Counted from the first letter of the stretch, positions 1 to 17,978 are shown. The stretch: 64,000 nucleotides of DNA from the human T2T-CHM13v2.0 reference genome, Homo sapiens (GCF_009914755.1 NC_060928.1), one strand, 5' to 3'. Notes: generated by a model from the letters alone, not told the origin. A program made the numbers and translations.

Positions 1-252
1 AGCTGGGATTACAGGCGGCCGCCACCACGCCCGGCTAATTTTTTGTATTTTTAGTAGAGACAGGGTTTCACCGTGTTAGCCAGGATGGTCTCGATCTCCT
101 GACCTCATGATCCGCCTGCCTTGGCCTCCCAAAGTGCTGGGATTACAGGCGTGAGCCACCGTGCCCGGCTGCCATTTTGTTTTTTCTATAAACGTTTCCT
201 GTAGTAAATAATCTCATTTTCAATATGCTTTGTTTTCCATGTTCTTATTCTT

Positions 253-783
<531 letters not shown>

Positions 784-1118
784 TCCATGTTCTTACTCTT
801 AATTCATTTCCAAACTGTCCCCTGCACTTGTCTGATTGCCTGAATTCATTTTAAGGCATCTGGCTTTATGCCATTTTCATCTTGCAGAATACTCTCAAGG
901 AGCCCTCTAATCTGCAACACAGGCACATTTGTTCACTAAGCCAGCTGCTCAGGTATCTTGGAGATATTCTTAGCATCTCTTGAATTGTTTTACCTGTTTT
1001 TATGTTTTTCCATTTGGAAGTTGGTTTCTTGTTTAATTGGAGCACATCCTTCAGGAGCTTTCTAGTAAGGTTCATGGGAAATAAAGTTTTTGATACCTTT
1101 TGATACCTTTGTATCTGA

Positions 1119-1430
<312 letters not shown>

Positions 1431-1713
1431 CTGAAAATGTCTTTAGTCTATCCTGATATTTAATCAGAAGTTTTTCAGGGTCTGAAATTATAGTTTTGAA
1501 ACAATTTACTCTTACGTATTTTAACCTTTTAAATTGAGAAATATATAGTTATGATATCTACAATGTATTATGAAATACATTAACATAAACAAATGTTCTA
1601 TAAGCATGACATTTAGTCAGCTACACAAATTTGGTCAGGAACTCGTACCCAAGGTCAGCTGGCATTATAATGGATAAATTTAAGCTCCAAGTACTATTGT
1701 AATGCTTCAGTTA

Positions 1714-2008
1714 TTTTTATTTTTTTGAGATGGAGTCTAGCTCTGTCGCCCAGGCTGGAGTGCAGTGGCGTGATCTCTGCTAACTGCAGCCTCTGCCTCC
1801 TGGGTTCAAGCAATTCTCGCACCTCAGCCTCCCAAGTAGCTGGAATTACAGACGCATGCCACCACACATGGTCAACTTTTGTATTTTTTAGTAGAGACAG
1901 GGTTTCACCATGTTGGTCAGGCTGGTCTTGAACTCCTGACCTCAAGTGATCCACCTGCCTCAGCCTCCAAATTGCTGGAATTATAGCCGTGAGCCACCAC
2001 ACCTGGCC
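1714..2008 (-). mobile_element. Alu shared by both arms (counterpart 44667-44968)
   Basis: Alu consensus at the equivalent position in both arms. Confidence 0.85.
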
Positions 2009-3349
2009 AGTTATCTTAATCTTACACCAATCCAGAGAAAATTACACATCTCGTTAAATTACAATAATGAATTATAGTAGACATCAAAAATAGGATGACA
2101 TTGGTGAAATGTGCTATTAGAGATACATGGATTGACTGAAATATTTGAGGATCTGTAAATACAGTGGCTTCCTTGGACAAGAAAACAATCATAGTTTAAA
2201 GACAGAATCGTTCTTGTAAGTGATAAGAGTTTCATAAACGAAAAATATAATTGTGTATTTCCAGCATCCCTACTCTGCACTCCGCTTGCCAGTTTCTGGC
2301 TACTTAATATTCCACTACCAACCTTATGCCCCAAGAAATCATCACTATAATATTCTTTTCCCCATTTCCCCTACATAATCAGCCTTCTTCCTAATTGTTC
2401 TATCCCTTACTCATTGCCGAAACTAAGGCACTGAGATACTGAAAAGAGCATGCATTTGAAATCCCATACTAGGTTGGACAGTTTGTGGCAGTTATCAATA
2501 TATTGCCTCTAACTTTATCTTTTCAAAGAATCAGCTTTGGTTTTGTTGATTTTCTGTCTTGTTTCCAATTTCAATTTTATTGATTTCTGCTCTAATTTTT
2601 ATTTTTGTCCTTCTGCATGCTTTACATTGAAAAGCTTTACATTTGCTTTTGTTCTGTCTAGTTTCTTAAGGTAAAGGGTTAAGTTGCTGATTTTAGATCT
2701 TCTTTTCTAATATGTTATAAATTTAATGCTATAAATTTCCCTGTAAATACTGCTTTAGCTATGTTACACCAACATTGAAATATTGTATTTGTATTTGTAT
2801 TTGTATTTTGCTCCAAATATTTAATTTTCCTGAGACTTACTCTTTGACCTAAGGGGTATTTAGAAGGGTACTAATTTTCACATGTTTGTGGATTTCTCAG
2901 AGATTTTTCTACAATATCAACTTTAATTTTGTATTATTTCTATTCTTTAAATGTGTGAAGGTATGTTTCATAGCCTATGATGTGGTTTATCTTGGTGAGT
3001 GACTCAGAAACTTGAAAAGAAGGCTGATTTTGACTTCTCTGTTTTTTGTTTTTATTGGAGACAAGATCTTAACTAATGTTGCCCAGGTTGGATTCAAAAC
3101 TCCTGGCCCCAAGTGATCCGCCCACCTTGGACTTCAAAAGTGCTAGGATTAAGACAGGGTCTGGCTATATTGTCCAGGCTAGCATTCAATAGCTATTCAC
3201 AGGCACAATCATAGCCCACTGCATCCCCAAACTCCTGGGCTCAGGAGATCCTCCTGCCTCAGCCTCCAGGACAGCTGGGACCACAGGTGCACATCACCAT
3301 GCCTTGCTTCTCTGGGTTTCATCAAGCATGTTTTATGATTACATTTTAA

Positions 3350-4000
<651 letters not shown>

Positions 4001-4511
4001 TAGTGGTTCTCCCAGGGGTTTACAGTATACATTTTAAAAAAATTTGAGGCCTCCTTTAAATGAAATTATACTGTTTCCTTTTCAGTATAAGAACCTTGTA
4101 ATAGTGTATTCCCAATTCTCACTGATTCTTTGTGGTCTTGTATTCATACAATACTTTTACATATGCTGGAAAAACACTTATTATTGTTTTAAACAGCTAG
4201 TTATCTTTTAGAGCAATTACCTTTATTTTATGCACTTTATTTCTTTGTGTAAACACAAGTTTCTGATATCTATAATATTCCTTTGGCCTGAAGTACTTTA
4301 ACATTCCTCTTAGTGTCTGCTTGATGGCAACAAATTCCCTCCATTTTATTTTTCTAAGTATTTCTCCATTGCTTTTGAGAAATGTGCTAATCGGTTATAG
4401 AATTGTGAGTTGGCAAGATTTTTTTTATTTACAGAAGTAACTATTGTGTCCTGGATTTCACATTTTCTGATGAGAGGTCTGTTGTAATTCTTATCCTCCT
4501 TCCTTTGTCAG

Positions 4512-4860
4512 TGGTCATGCACTGCATAACAGTGTTTCAACCACTGACCACATACATGACAGTGGTCCCATAAGATTATAAACCTGCATTTTTATGGAAA
4601 TTTTCTGTGGTTACGTATACCTAGATACAAAAATAGTTGCCTTTGTGTTACAATTTCTATAGTATTCAGCACAGTAACTTGCTGTACAGGTTTACTAGCC
4701 TAGGAGCATTCGGCTGTACCATATAGCTTACAGGCATAATAAGCTACAAAATTACTATCTAGGTTTGTGTACACATACTCTATGATGTTCACAGAATGAT
4801 GAAATCATCCCATGATGTACTTCTCAGAACATATTCCCATAGTTAATGTATGCAAGGCAG
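4512..4860. mobile_element. Tigger3/MER7-like DNA transposon remnant (counterpart ~41465-41790)
   Basis: Starts gtcatgcactgcataac...gtggtcccataagattataa, typical of Tigger3 termini. Confidence 0.7.
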
Positions 4861-5192
4861 TAATGTAGTTTTTTACTTGGGCTGCCTTCAAAATTGTGTT
4901 TTTGATTTTAATTTTCAGCAGTTTGAATTTGATTGATATATTGATATGTTTGGAGATATGTTGTCATTTTTTTCTTGTTTTGGTTTGTGTGTTTTGATAG
5001 TCATCATGCTTGGTATGCTCTGGGCTTCTTGGTTCTGGAGTTTTAGTGTCTGTAACTAAATTCTTGGCCATGATTTTTTTGAATATCTCCTCGGTTTTTC
5101 TTTTTAAATTTTTATTTATTTTTGCCTTCATTTCCTAGTGATGAGATTTCTTCTTTCTGAGATTCCAAGTATCCATAAATGACACTGTTTGA

Positions 5193-5686
<494 letters not shown>

Positions 5687-5989
5687 TTTTCCATTTGATT
5701 TTATAGTTTCCAACTCTGATAAAATTATCTATCTGATCCTGCATGTTGTCTTTATTTTCCACTAAAGCCTTTAACATATCAATTACAATTATTTTCATTT
5801 TTTTGCATGAGAGTTCCTACATTTGTGTCATAGCTTAGTATGGTTCCGATGTTCATTTTGTCTCTTCAGAGTGTGGTTTATTTTCCTTTTACATTTTTTT
5901 TTGTATGCCTTGTTTTTTTTTGTTTTTGGTAAAAACCAGACATATATAGAAAAATACATACTAAGGTAAACATTTTTATACTTGTAGAT

Positions 5990-6755
<766 letters not shown>

Positions 6756-8170
6756 CAGAGATGAACTTGTTTCCCTTCTGCTAGGCCCGTAGTGAGGGTG
6801 TGTTTGTATTAATCGAGCCAGGAGTTAGGCAGAGTTTGAAGTTTGTTACTGCTATGGTTAGCCTTAGTGCATTAAAGGCTTCACACTCCCCTAGTGCTGT
6901 CTTTCATTTCTCAAACTGGATTCTACTGTTATTTTTACTCAACTCCTCTTAGTGTGGTTTTGGGAGTTGGGGAAGCCCATGTTTTCCAATATTCTGATTG
7001 AGCATGAGTCATGGGCAGGCACTCTGAACTCTGGTCTCAGGTATCTGTGGCCTTCACAAATGTTCTTCACCCTCCTCCAGATGTAATGCTGGGCCTAGCA
7101 CACATTCCCACATCTCACAGCACAAGGAAAATGACTGGCACATCTTCCAAGTCCCCTTTTTCAGGGAACTACCTGGTGATACGCTCACCAAAAGAAGGGA
7201 AGAAAACTAAGAAGGAAAACAAGGGACTCAGACAACAATAGACTTAAAACCTCTGGACATAAGACAGAAGATAAAAGATAATTCTTAGGGTAAGGGAAAC
7301 ATGAAAGGCCTCAGAGGACAGCTGTGCATCATATCACCAAATTTCAGTTCATGCTAAGATGACAGAGGGCTTCAGGAGATCGAGCACTACAAAGAAAATG
7401 AATATAATCAACAAATTACATGTCGAGTTTAGAGAGGAACTTTAGAGATTAGCAGATATGGGGCTGAAAGAGAAACAGAAAGTGCAGCAAGTAAGATATC
7501 AGGCAATTTTAATCACAATAAAACAAAATTTGTGTATCAAATTATAGCACCTAAGTGGCTCAGCTGTGAACAATTATATAGTCGTATGAACATATTAATC
7601 CAATTACATTACCATATTTGGATATTTGTGGGGAAAGAGAGTATGTGCCTGGGTGGTGCGAGAGACCTAAATTCTCAGTTTACCTAATAGAATTTTAATT
7701 TGAAATGTCTAATATTAGACATATTACAGTTATGGAGAAATAGCAAGGTCACTAGAATAAATCATGCCTCTGTTTAACAGGAATTTCACATAGGATGGCA
7801 TGACCCAGGAGATTTTCGTTTTTATAAAAGACTTTTGTTGCTGGACTGAACTAATAACTTTCTATATAATTTTTTTCTTTCGATATAATTTTTATAAAAT
7901 TCATAATGTGGAATTTTAATTCATAATGTGGAACGCATTGAATTAATGACTATACAAATAATACCATCTTTCATCTTAGAATATCAAAAATACTTTACAA
8001 TTTACTCCCATTACATCTTTGAAGAGTATGCATTTCTAATACTATTTTATTGACAGCTGCTAAAATAATGGAAGAAAAAAACCTTTCCTCCGCTTATAAG
8101 TGGTAAACACAGAATTCAGAATTGTGGAGCTCCTCTCCTAAATAAAAATACAAAATCATTTTCAAATAAT

Positions 8171-9480
8171 TCATCCTTCATAATCTATCACTGTACAGAT
8201 TATAAGAGGTTAGAAATCATACCCAGTGTGAAACACAGCCTAAGTAGTTTCATAAAAATATCACTTGAAGAAAAAATATGAGATCTGGCATTCAAGTTAT
8301 AAGATTAAACGTCACCCACTTCATTGTCCAGAAAAATCCTAATATTACTGGGTTTTACTTTTAATAGCAGAACGATTGACACTCTACCTACTGTAATGAC
8401 TTCAGCAAAGTTATTACATTTCTGTAGCTGAATACTAAAGCATGAATCCTATTGTGATAGTGTCTTTTTCCATCTCCTCAGAATACAATTCTAACAAACA
8501 ACACTGTTCTATCTATCCCGTTTGATTTTGTCTTCTTTCCCTTCCTCCTAGTAATACCAGTCTTAATCTTTTTGGATCATGAGTTTTTGTGGTATCTTTC
8601 CAAATCTCACTGTATTCTGTCTTCAGATATACAAGATTATGACATGCTGTTTCAGGATCTAGAGCGAAATCTATGTAAAATGAAGAATCTTTTGTCGACT
8701 ATAATGTTGTGGCAGAAGTCTAGAATCATCATTCCGTAGTTAAAATGCAAAAGCTCATGAAGGTTTTATCTTAAAACATGTTATTGATACATACACTTAT
8801 ATCAGTTACTGGTTGTCTATTTGAGTGAAGAGTTTGCTATCCCACTTATTAGAGCTTTTAATAAGAAAATATGGTCTGAAAGTTTTGTTTTCATCTAATG
8901 TGTGTATCATATCCTATCCTTTGTATTTTCGGGTTTCAGAACTGCATCTTATTCATTTTCCAAATAGAGTATAAAGTGCTCAAAATCAGAGTTTAATCTC
9001 TTCCTCTAATATTCAACTATCTTCGGTAGCATTCAACTATCTTCGGTAGCATTCATGTATTTTTAGTTAACATAACTATTAGTTTAGTTTTGGCTTATTT
9101 AAAACATTTTATACTTGCTTTTTCAGAGGTCAGACATCCCCTGTGAGCTTCTTCCTTGAAGCAGCCTGCTCTATAGGACAGGTGAGCCCAGCGGGAGCCA
9201 GCCCACTGCAGACCCAAACCCTCTAGTCCTTGTCACAAAAAGGGGCTGGGACCTGATGGTGATTATCTTCCTGCCTTTTCCTGGTGGTCCTTCTGAGTTG
9301 GAGTTGCTTGGTAATTTCAGTGGTGTGACAGCCGGAGTGTTGCTACTAAAATTCCTCCCTGGGCTGCATGAGCGGCTGACAGGGCACGGGGAGAAAACGA
9401 TTAGCTTCTCCCAGGATTGGTGAAGCCACCGCTGTTGGACAAGTATAGTCGTCGCTGGATCTCTGCAAAGAGACTGTCGA
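8171..9480 (-). pseudogene. Decayed TRIM60/61/75-family gene, left-arm paralog of the FAM218A locus
   Basis: Minus strand ~8280-8352 reads PSNIRIFLDNEVGDV*SYNLNARS, matching TRIM61 PSKIGIFLDYEMNEVSFYNLNDRS. Colinear with 36846-38143. Start ATG replaced by TCG. Confidence 0.85.
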
Positions 9481-9601
9481 AGCGGCTGCGGTTCAGCGTA
9501 AGGTCTGTTAGGGAGACCTGAAGCCCTGCGCCAGGAACGCAGTGCTCGCTTAGCCCACCCTGCAGGGATGGCTTTCCAGGCGCTGGGTCCAGTGAGAAAA
9601 G

Positions 9602-10265
9602 CGTGTCCGGAATTGGTTCCTTCCGGTGGGTTCTTGGTCTCGCTGACTTCAAGAATGAAGTCACGGACCTTCTTCGCGGTGAGTGTTATAGTTCTTAAAG
9701 ATGGTGTGTCCGGAGTGTGTTCCTTGCAATGTTCAGATGTGTCCGGAGTTTCTTCCTTCTGGTGGGTTCATGGTCTCGCTGACTTCAGGAGTGAAGCTGC
9801 AGACTTTCGCAGTGAGTGTTACAGCTCTTAAAGGTGGCACGTTCAGAGTTGTTTGTTCCTCCCGGTGGGTTCGTGGTCTTGCTGACTTCAAGAATGAAGC
9901 TGCAGATCCTTGTGGTGAGTGTTACAGCTCATAAAGGTAGTGCGGACCCAGAGTGAGCACAGCAAGATTTACTGTGAAGAGCGAAAGAACAAAGCTCCCA
10001 CAGTGTGGAAGGGGACCCGAGTGGTTGCCGCTACTGGCTAGGGTGGCCAGCTTTTATTCCCTTATTTGGCCCTGCCCACATCCTACTGACTGGTCCATTT
10101 TACAGAGCGCTGATTGGTCCGTTTACAAACCTTTAGCTAGACACAGAGTGCTGATTGGTGTGTTTTTACAGAGTGCTGATTGGTGTGTTTACAATCCTTC
10201 AGCTAGACAGAAAAGTTCTCCAAGTCCCGACTGGACCCAGGAAGTTCAGTTGGCTTCACCTCTCA
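9602..10265 (-). mobile_element. LTR12 (ERV9) solo LTR, left arm only
   Basis: Termini tgagaggtgaagc... and ...ccaattccggacac on minus strand, repeated gctgattgg (CCAAT) units, imperfect 4-bp TSD aaag/agag, empty site at ~36720. Confidence 0.92.
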
Positions 10266-11052
10266 AGAGCACAGCTGCCCTGCCACACGGCACATCCTTC
10301 CATCCACTGTGGTACCTGGCGCTGCCCCTGGTCTCCAACATCATCGACCTCCATGGTCTCACCCAGAAGTTGAAGTCCAGAGGCGGTGCCGGCCATGCAC
10401 AATCACTGCTCAGCTGCCCCGACTTCTGTACAGACTTGCTGGAGGTGTCGCCCAGCCACCTGCAGGAAGCACTGCAGGACACCTAGGCCTCCTGAGAACT
10501 TTGTATTCTGTGAGAAGTTTGCATTCTCAAGGAACCTCAGCTGTTTGGTTTGCTCTTCTGCCACCCACCTCTACCTGTGCCAGATTGAGGGCACTCCCTG
10601 CCCTACCCTAACAGAACAGGATTCCAGTTGCTGTTTTAATTTACTGAATGTTATTTGTAACTGGTGGGAGAAAAATGTGGTTATAATTCACACTGTAGAG
10701 CTTATTAAAAGTCACAGTAACACTATAATTGAAATATTGTATTTTAGGAAATAAATAATGAAATTATAAGATGAAATATAATGTACAGATGAAATATACA
10801 GATGAAATTGTACGATGTCTGGGAATTTGCTCCATTGGCAGGAGAAGCTGGTGGGGTTACAAAGATTGTTAATTCAAATAATAGAAATTGGTTTCTTTTT
10901 ATGCGTAGGTTCTTCATACTGTTCTCTCTACTCTTATGGATGTATGAAATACTCTACAATTTAAAAGCTTCCTTTTAACTTAGATCAACCAATTGAAGAC
11001 AAAGAACTAAATAAACAATGAAAAGAAAAGAAAACCAAAAAAACAAAATAGG

Positions 11053-11210
11053 GTTGGAGCTCCTATGAGAATCTAATACCATTGCTGATCTTACAGGAGG
11101 TGGAGCTCTGGTGGTAATGCTCACTCTCTAGGCTCACCTCCTGCTGTGTAGCCCAGCTCTTAACACGCCACCATCAGGTCCCAGTCTGCGGCCAGGGTTT
11201 GGGGACCCCT
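11053..11210. mobile_element. MER1-type DNA transposon fragment
   Basis: ctcctatgagaatctaat...ggggacccctg terminus. Confidence 0.7.
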
Positions 11211-11689
11211 GTACTAAGAAATCTTGCCAGGCTCTTTCTGCAAGAGCCTGTTGTAATATTGTCCGCCCCCTAAGAGGCTTATTTCTAGAGTCCTCGACTG
11301 TGTTTTCTGGATTCTCACACTCTCAGGCAGCTCTCCAACTGGGCAGTCTCATGCAGCAGACAGCCTCCCAGGAAAAAACTCACTGGCTCCTCCCTGCTCC
11401 TTCTGGAGGTGGTAGCTCTGTAGTTGTGGTAGAGAGAATGGGACTATGAGCAGCGTCAAAGCTCCTATTGTAGCCAGCTCACCCGGGAGGAATGTATCAG
11501 AACTTTGCTTTGGGGGAACATGGGCATGTAGTTTAAATAAGTCCCTGTGGTGAATCTGATATGTTGTCAGTCTCTGTGTGGGATATAAGAAATACATTTG
11601 GTCTTTGTTCCTTTTCCTTTTGTGGAGCCCCTCAAGTCCCTTGAAATGTCCCCATTTGTATTTTTGGTTTATTTTATTTATTTTTTAAT

Positions 11690-13786
<2,097 letters not shown>

Positions 13787-14199
13787 TAAGCCTGAAAAAA
13801 CCTAGTCAAATCTGTAGCAGCCAGTTATTTACCATTTCCTGATTGGATGGAGTAAGTCATGTCAATAACATTGGGAGAGATCATCCCATTAAAGCTGTCA
13901 TCAGTTCCCTCTGAGATGTCATACTTCTTTCAAAGTATAAGAACACACAAAATTGGGGTTGAACCCAGAAACGGTGAGATAATTACGCCTAGGTCTTGCA
14001 TCATGGGTTTCAAATCTTGAGTATCTATTTTAACTAATATTTAATCATATTATCTTTTCTCACTGGGGTCAGGAACATCCATGGATCCCATTTTGTAAAG
14101 CTAATTTGAAAATGCAGAAGACGTAATTTAATTTTGTATTTATTACTTATTGTATTTCTCTTTTCTCTTTAATATTTCATCCCAGTGTGTGTTCTCACC

Positions 14200-14712
14200 C
14201 TGGAAAATTTAGGGAAGCCAGTGATTCTCATAGTTAAGGTAAAGAATACCTCTTTTGCCTCCATTTTATGTTCAGTAACATCACTAAGGTAATAGAGGAT
14301 TCTTCATTTAAAATCAGAGGGATCCCTGGTAAACTAATTAGAGGGAAATAATAAAGTCTATAAAGGTTTTCCAATGATGCATTTCAACAGATGCTTAGGT
14401 TCAATCATCATCTAGGTTACAGAGACAGAAAAGTCAACCAGTACCTTTTAATCTTTTGTGTTGTTTAGATTCTTTTGGTAAATTTTGCATTTTCAACTTG
14501 AAATTGCAAATTAGGAAGCTTCCTCCAGTTTTTTTGTTTTGTTGTTTTGGTGCTTTTTTTTTTGTCCTCTCCTTGAATCTAGAATTTGGTGTTATTTTTC
14601 TTTCTCTTTCTTCCCCATCTCCCTGACTTTTCATGTCTATTGTTTTTTATTCTTTTTTTTTTTTTGGTAAACGTGCAATATACTTTAGGGGCTGTTCCTT
14701 TTCATGTTATTA
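14200..14712 (+). repeat. ~500-bp direct repeat, copy 1 (copy 2 at 16550-17042)
   Basis: Both start tggaaaatttagg...gtgattct and end ...ttcctttt(c/a)atgt(t/g)attatg. Confidence 0.9.
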
Positions 14713-15134
14713 TGTTTTGAAGTTTCTGACTCCAGAAAACCTTCTATTAGTACCATCACAGTTCTATGGGCACTGGAGGGTTACAGAGTTTAGGAACCCT
14801 GGTTGTAAGTTTGGTTGAAATTGACCACTTCGGTGAGCCACAGGGGTCACTGGTTTCTCCCCATAATTCTTTTTCTTTTTCTTTTTCTTTTCTTTCTTTC
14901 TCTTTTTTTTTTTTTTTTTTTTTTGAAACAAAGTCACATTATGTTGCCCAGGCTGTTGTCAAGCTCCTGAGCTCAAGCGATCATTACAGGTGTGAGATAC
15001 TGTTCCCAGCTATCTCCCTATAATTCTGAAGATCAGAATCTTTGTTGTAACAAAGGCCTAGACAGCAGCAGAAAGCAAAGATATTTCTAGGGTCCTAATT
15101 AGCCATCTGCTCTTATGAGTGTGAGCCTCAATAG

Positions 15135-16320
15135 CTATTGTTTAAATGTTTGTCTCCACAAACCTCTTGTATTATAAACAATCACCCATGTGATTCCACC
15201 GAGAGGTGGAACCTAATGAGAGGGGTTTAGGTCTCAAGGGCTCCCCCTCATGGATTCATGCCATGCTAAAAAAGAGCTTTCCAGGGTATATACACCCACT
15301 CTGCTCTCTTTTTCTTTTCTTTGAGATGGAGTCTTGCTCTGTCACCCAGGCTGGAGTGCAATGACACAATCTTGGCTCTGCCATCTCTGCCTCTGGAGTT
15401 CAAATGATCCTCCCACTTCAGCCTCCCGAGTAGGTGAGACTACAGCTGCATGCCATCATGCCCAGCTAAGTTTTGTACTTTTAGTCGAGATAGGGTTTTG
15501 CTGTAGCAGGACGAGCCACAGACAAAACCTCTCAGACACCGAGTTGTAGAAGGAAGGGCTTTATTCAGCTGGGAGCATCAGCAAGCTACTGCCTTAAAAT
15601 CCGAGCTCCCCAAATGCCCAATTTCTATCCCTTTTAAGGGCTCACCACACTAAAGATTTCACATGAAAGGGTCGTGATTGATTTGAGCAAGCAAGGCAGT
15701 ACGTGACAGGGGCTGCATGCACCGGTGGTCAGAGAGAACCAGAACAGGGCAGGGAGTTTCACAACGTTCTTCTATACAATGTCTGGAATCTATAAATAAC
15801 ATCAGTTTCTAAGTTATGAGTTGATTTTTAACTACTGGGTTTAGGCCAGGCAGGCCCAGGCCTGGTTTTGGGCCTGGCCTCGGGTTGCCTGTCTTTGGTT
15901 TTACTTCCTTGTTGTTTTTTCTTAAAACAGGTACTGAGTATAAAACAATATAAAACAATATGAGAGGGTCTCTCTCTTCCCTAATTGCCATTTTGGCCAA
16001 GCTGGTCTTCAACTCCTGGCCTCAAGTGATCTGCCTGCCTAGGCCTCCCAAAGTGCTGAGATTACAGGCATGAGCCACTGCACTCAGCAGCTCCACCTCT
16101 GCTCTTTAGCCATGTCAGGAACAGCGTTTCTCCCTCCAGAGGCTGCAGCATTGAAGGCACCATCTTGGAAGCAGAGACCAGGCACTCACCTGACACCAAA
16201 CCTGTCACTGCCTTGATCTTGAGCTTCCCAACTTCCAGAACGGTGAGAAATTAATTTCTCTTCTTTATAGATTACCAAATCTCAGGCATTCTCTCAAATC
16301 AGAACAAAATGGATTAACAT
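15135..16320 (+). mobile_element. MST/MLT-type MaLR LTR containing an Alu (15308-16090), which itself contains an LTR2
   Basis: MaLR motifs on both sides of the Alu; Alu halves on both sides of the LTR2. Confidence 0.7.
15502..15984 (-). mobile_element. LTR2-family (HERV-E/Harlequin) solo LTR
   Basis: agggaagagagagaccctctc...ggctcgtcctgctaca on minus strand, 4-bp TSD ttgc. Confidence 0.85.
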
Positions 16321-16549
16321 AAGTAATTGTAATTTTCAACTAATGCTCAATCTCCAAATAGTGACTTCTTGCTTCACACAAGTGACCACCAAATGAGCCC
16401 GTATATGGCACAGGATACAATTTTTCCCCTATGTGCTCTATAGAACAGGCACCAGTTTGGAGGTGAGACACACGAACAATTGGTCACAAATTAGAGTTCC
16501 CCCTGAACTTACATCAGTCACAGCTTATGTTAGAATCTAGAAACACACC

Positions 16550-17042
16550 ATGGAAAATTTAGGAAAGGCAGTGATTCTTATAGTTAAGATAAGGGATACC
16601 TCTTTTACCTTCATTTTATGATTAGTAATGTCACTAAGGTAATAGAGGGCTCTTCATTTAAAATCAGAGGGATCCCTGGTTACCTAATTGGAGGCAAAGG
16701 ATTAAGTCTGCGAAGGTTTTCCAATTGATGCATTTCAACAGATGTTGAAGTTCAGTCACCATCCAGGTTACAGAAACAGAAAAGTCAATTAGCACCTTTT
16801 AAGCTTTTGTGTTGTACAGATTCTTTTGGTGAATTTTGCATATTCAACTGGTAATTGCAAATTAGGAATTTCTGTTGCAGTTTTTGTTGTTGTTCCTCTC
16901 CTTGAATCTGTGATTTGGTTTTATTTTTCTTTTTATTCCCTGTCTCTCTGACGTTCATGTCCATTGTTTTTTATTCTTTTTTTTTTTTTTTGGAGACATT
17001 CAATACATTTTAGGGGTTATTCCTTTTAATGTGATTATGCTT
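16550..17042 (+). repeat. ~500-bp direct repeat, copy 2
   Basis: Colinear with 14200-14712; a single inverted copy sits at ~29995-30490. Confidence 0.9.
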
Positions 17043-17074
17043 TGACAATACATAATAATTTAACGTGATTATTG

Positions 17075-17200
17075 TCTAGGACAATACTGATTGTAACAGC
17101 TTGTGAAGAAGGTTCAATAGAGAAATAAGGCATAAACTTTTCTGTAAACTTATCAGTGGAATTATACACAGAGGATCTGTTTTTTAAATTATAAAAGACA
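17075..17200 (-). pseudogene. Isolated TRIM SPRY C-terminal fragment (counterpart ~29850-29970, + strand)
   Basis: FYNLKNRSSVYNSTDKFTEKFMPYFSIEPSSQAVTISIV resembles the end of the neighbouring TRIM pseudogene ([36 protein letters not shown]). Confidence 0.85.
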
Positions 17201-17978
17201 CAGCAATATGTCTGGACGGAGATGCACCACTCAAGGAGACAGTAAAAGGGACCTGAGTCCATGTTCCTATACTTAACTAACAAAATATTATCTAAATTAC
17301 TGACCTAGGTCAGAGAATTCTCTCAAAGAGTCTCAGCCAAACTCAGTAAAAGCAGCACAAAGCAGCTGAGCTGAAAGTGCAGGCTCATCATGTGGCACAG
17401 AGCCAGTGAGCAAAGCAAAGCTAGAACAGCAATTCCCTGAAGGTGGCAGCCAACATCTGGATAATCCTGCTCACAATGGCCTTTGAAGGGGTCAGTTTGC
17501 ATAGATAGTTTGCATTGAAGGGGTCAGTTTGCACCCTCCCTGACAACTGGTTCAGTGTTGAGACTGCTGATGCCACACAATCCAAGATTGTATGAAATGG
17601 ACTCCTACTCCTGTAATGAGGTTTATGAGGAGAGAAGGGTGTCTACAGAGTTGATGCAAAAGTGACTTGAGAAAGCAGGGAAAGGAGACTGGTTTGGGGT
17701 TGTGATGGTGGTCATGGGTGGGGCTGCTGAAAGGGTCCTGCACTACCAGAGGCTTGCTAGGTCTGAACCTCCCACCTACACCAACAGAGGGAGCACCCAG
17801 GCTTTCTCATCAGCTTGTCCAGGGAGGGCAGAAGGGAAGAGAGAAGAGTGAGTCCCCCAATAATATCAGCAGTCAAACATAAACATGGAATCAGAACTTT
17901 TATTACAAATGCCCTCCAAGAACACAGGAAGAAAATATAGCTACATACAAAGGGTGCTCTAAGTAGTTCATCATTGGT

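Noticed and set aside
7011-7241. Near-identical 76-aa ORF pair (also 39038-39268) as a conserved microprotein
   Set aside because: The identity extends beyond the ORF and includes silent sites, so it is explained by the conversion tract. No domain is evident.
9011-9055. Perfect 20-bp tandem duplication, left arm only
   Set aside because: Ordinary slippage event within a dead TRIM relic.
9700-10200. Repeat arrays resembling CRISPR or a minisatellite
   Set aside because: These are the normal internal tandem repeats of LTR12.
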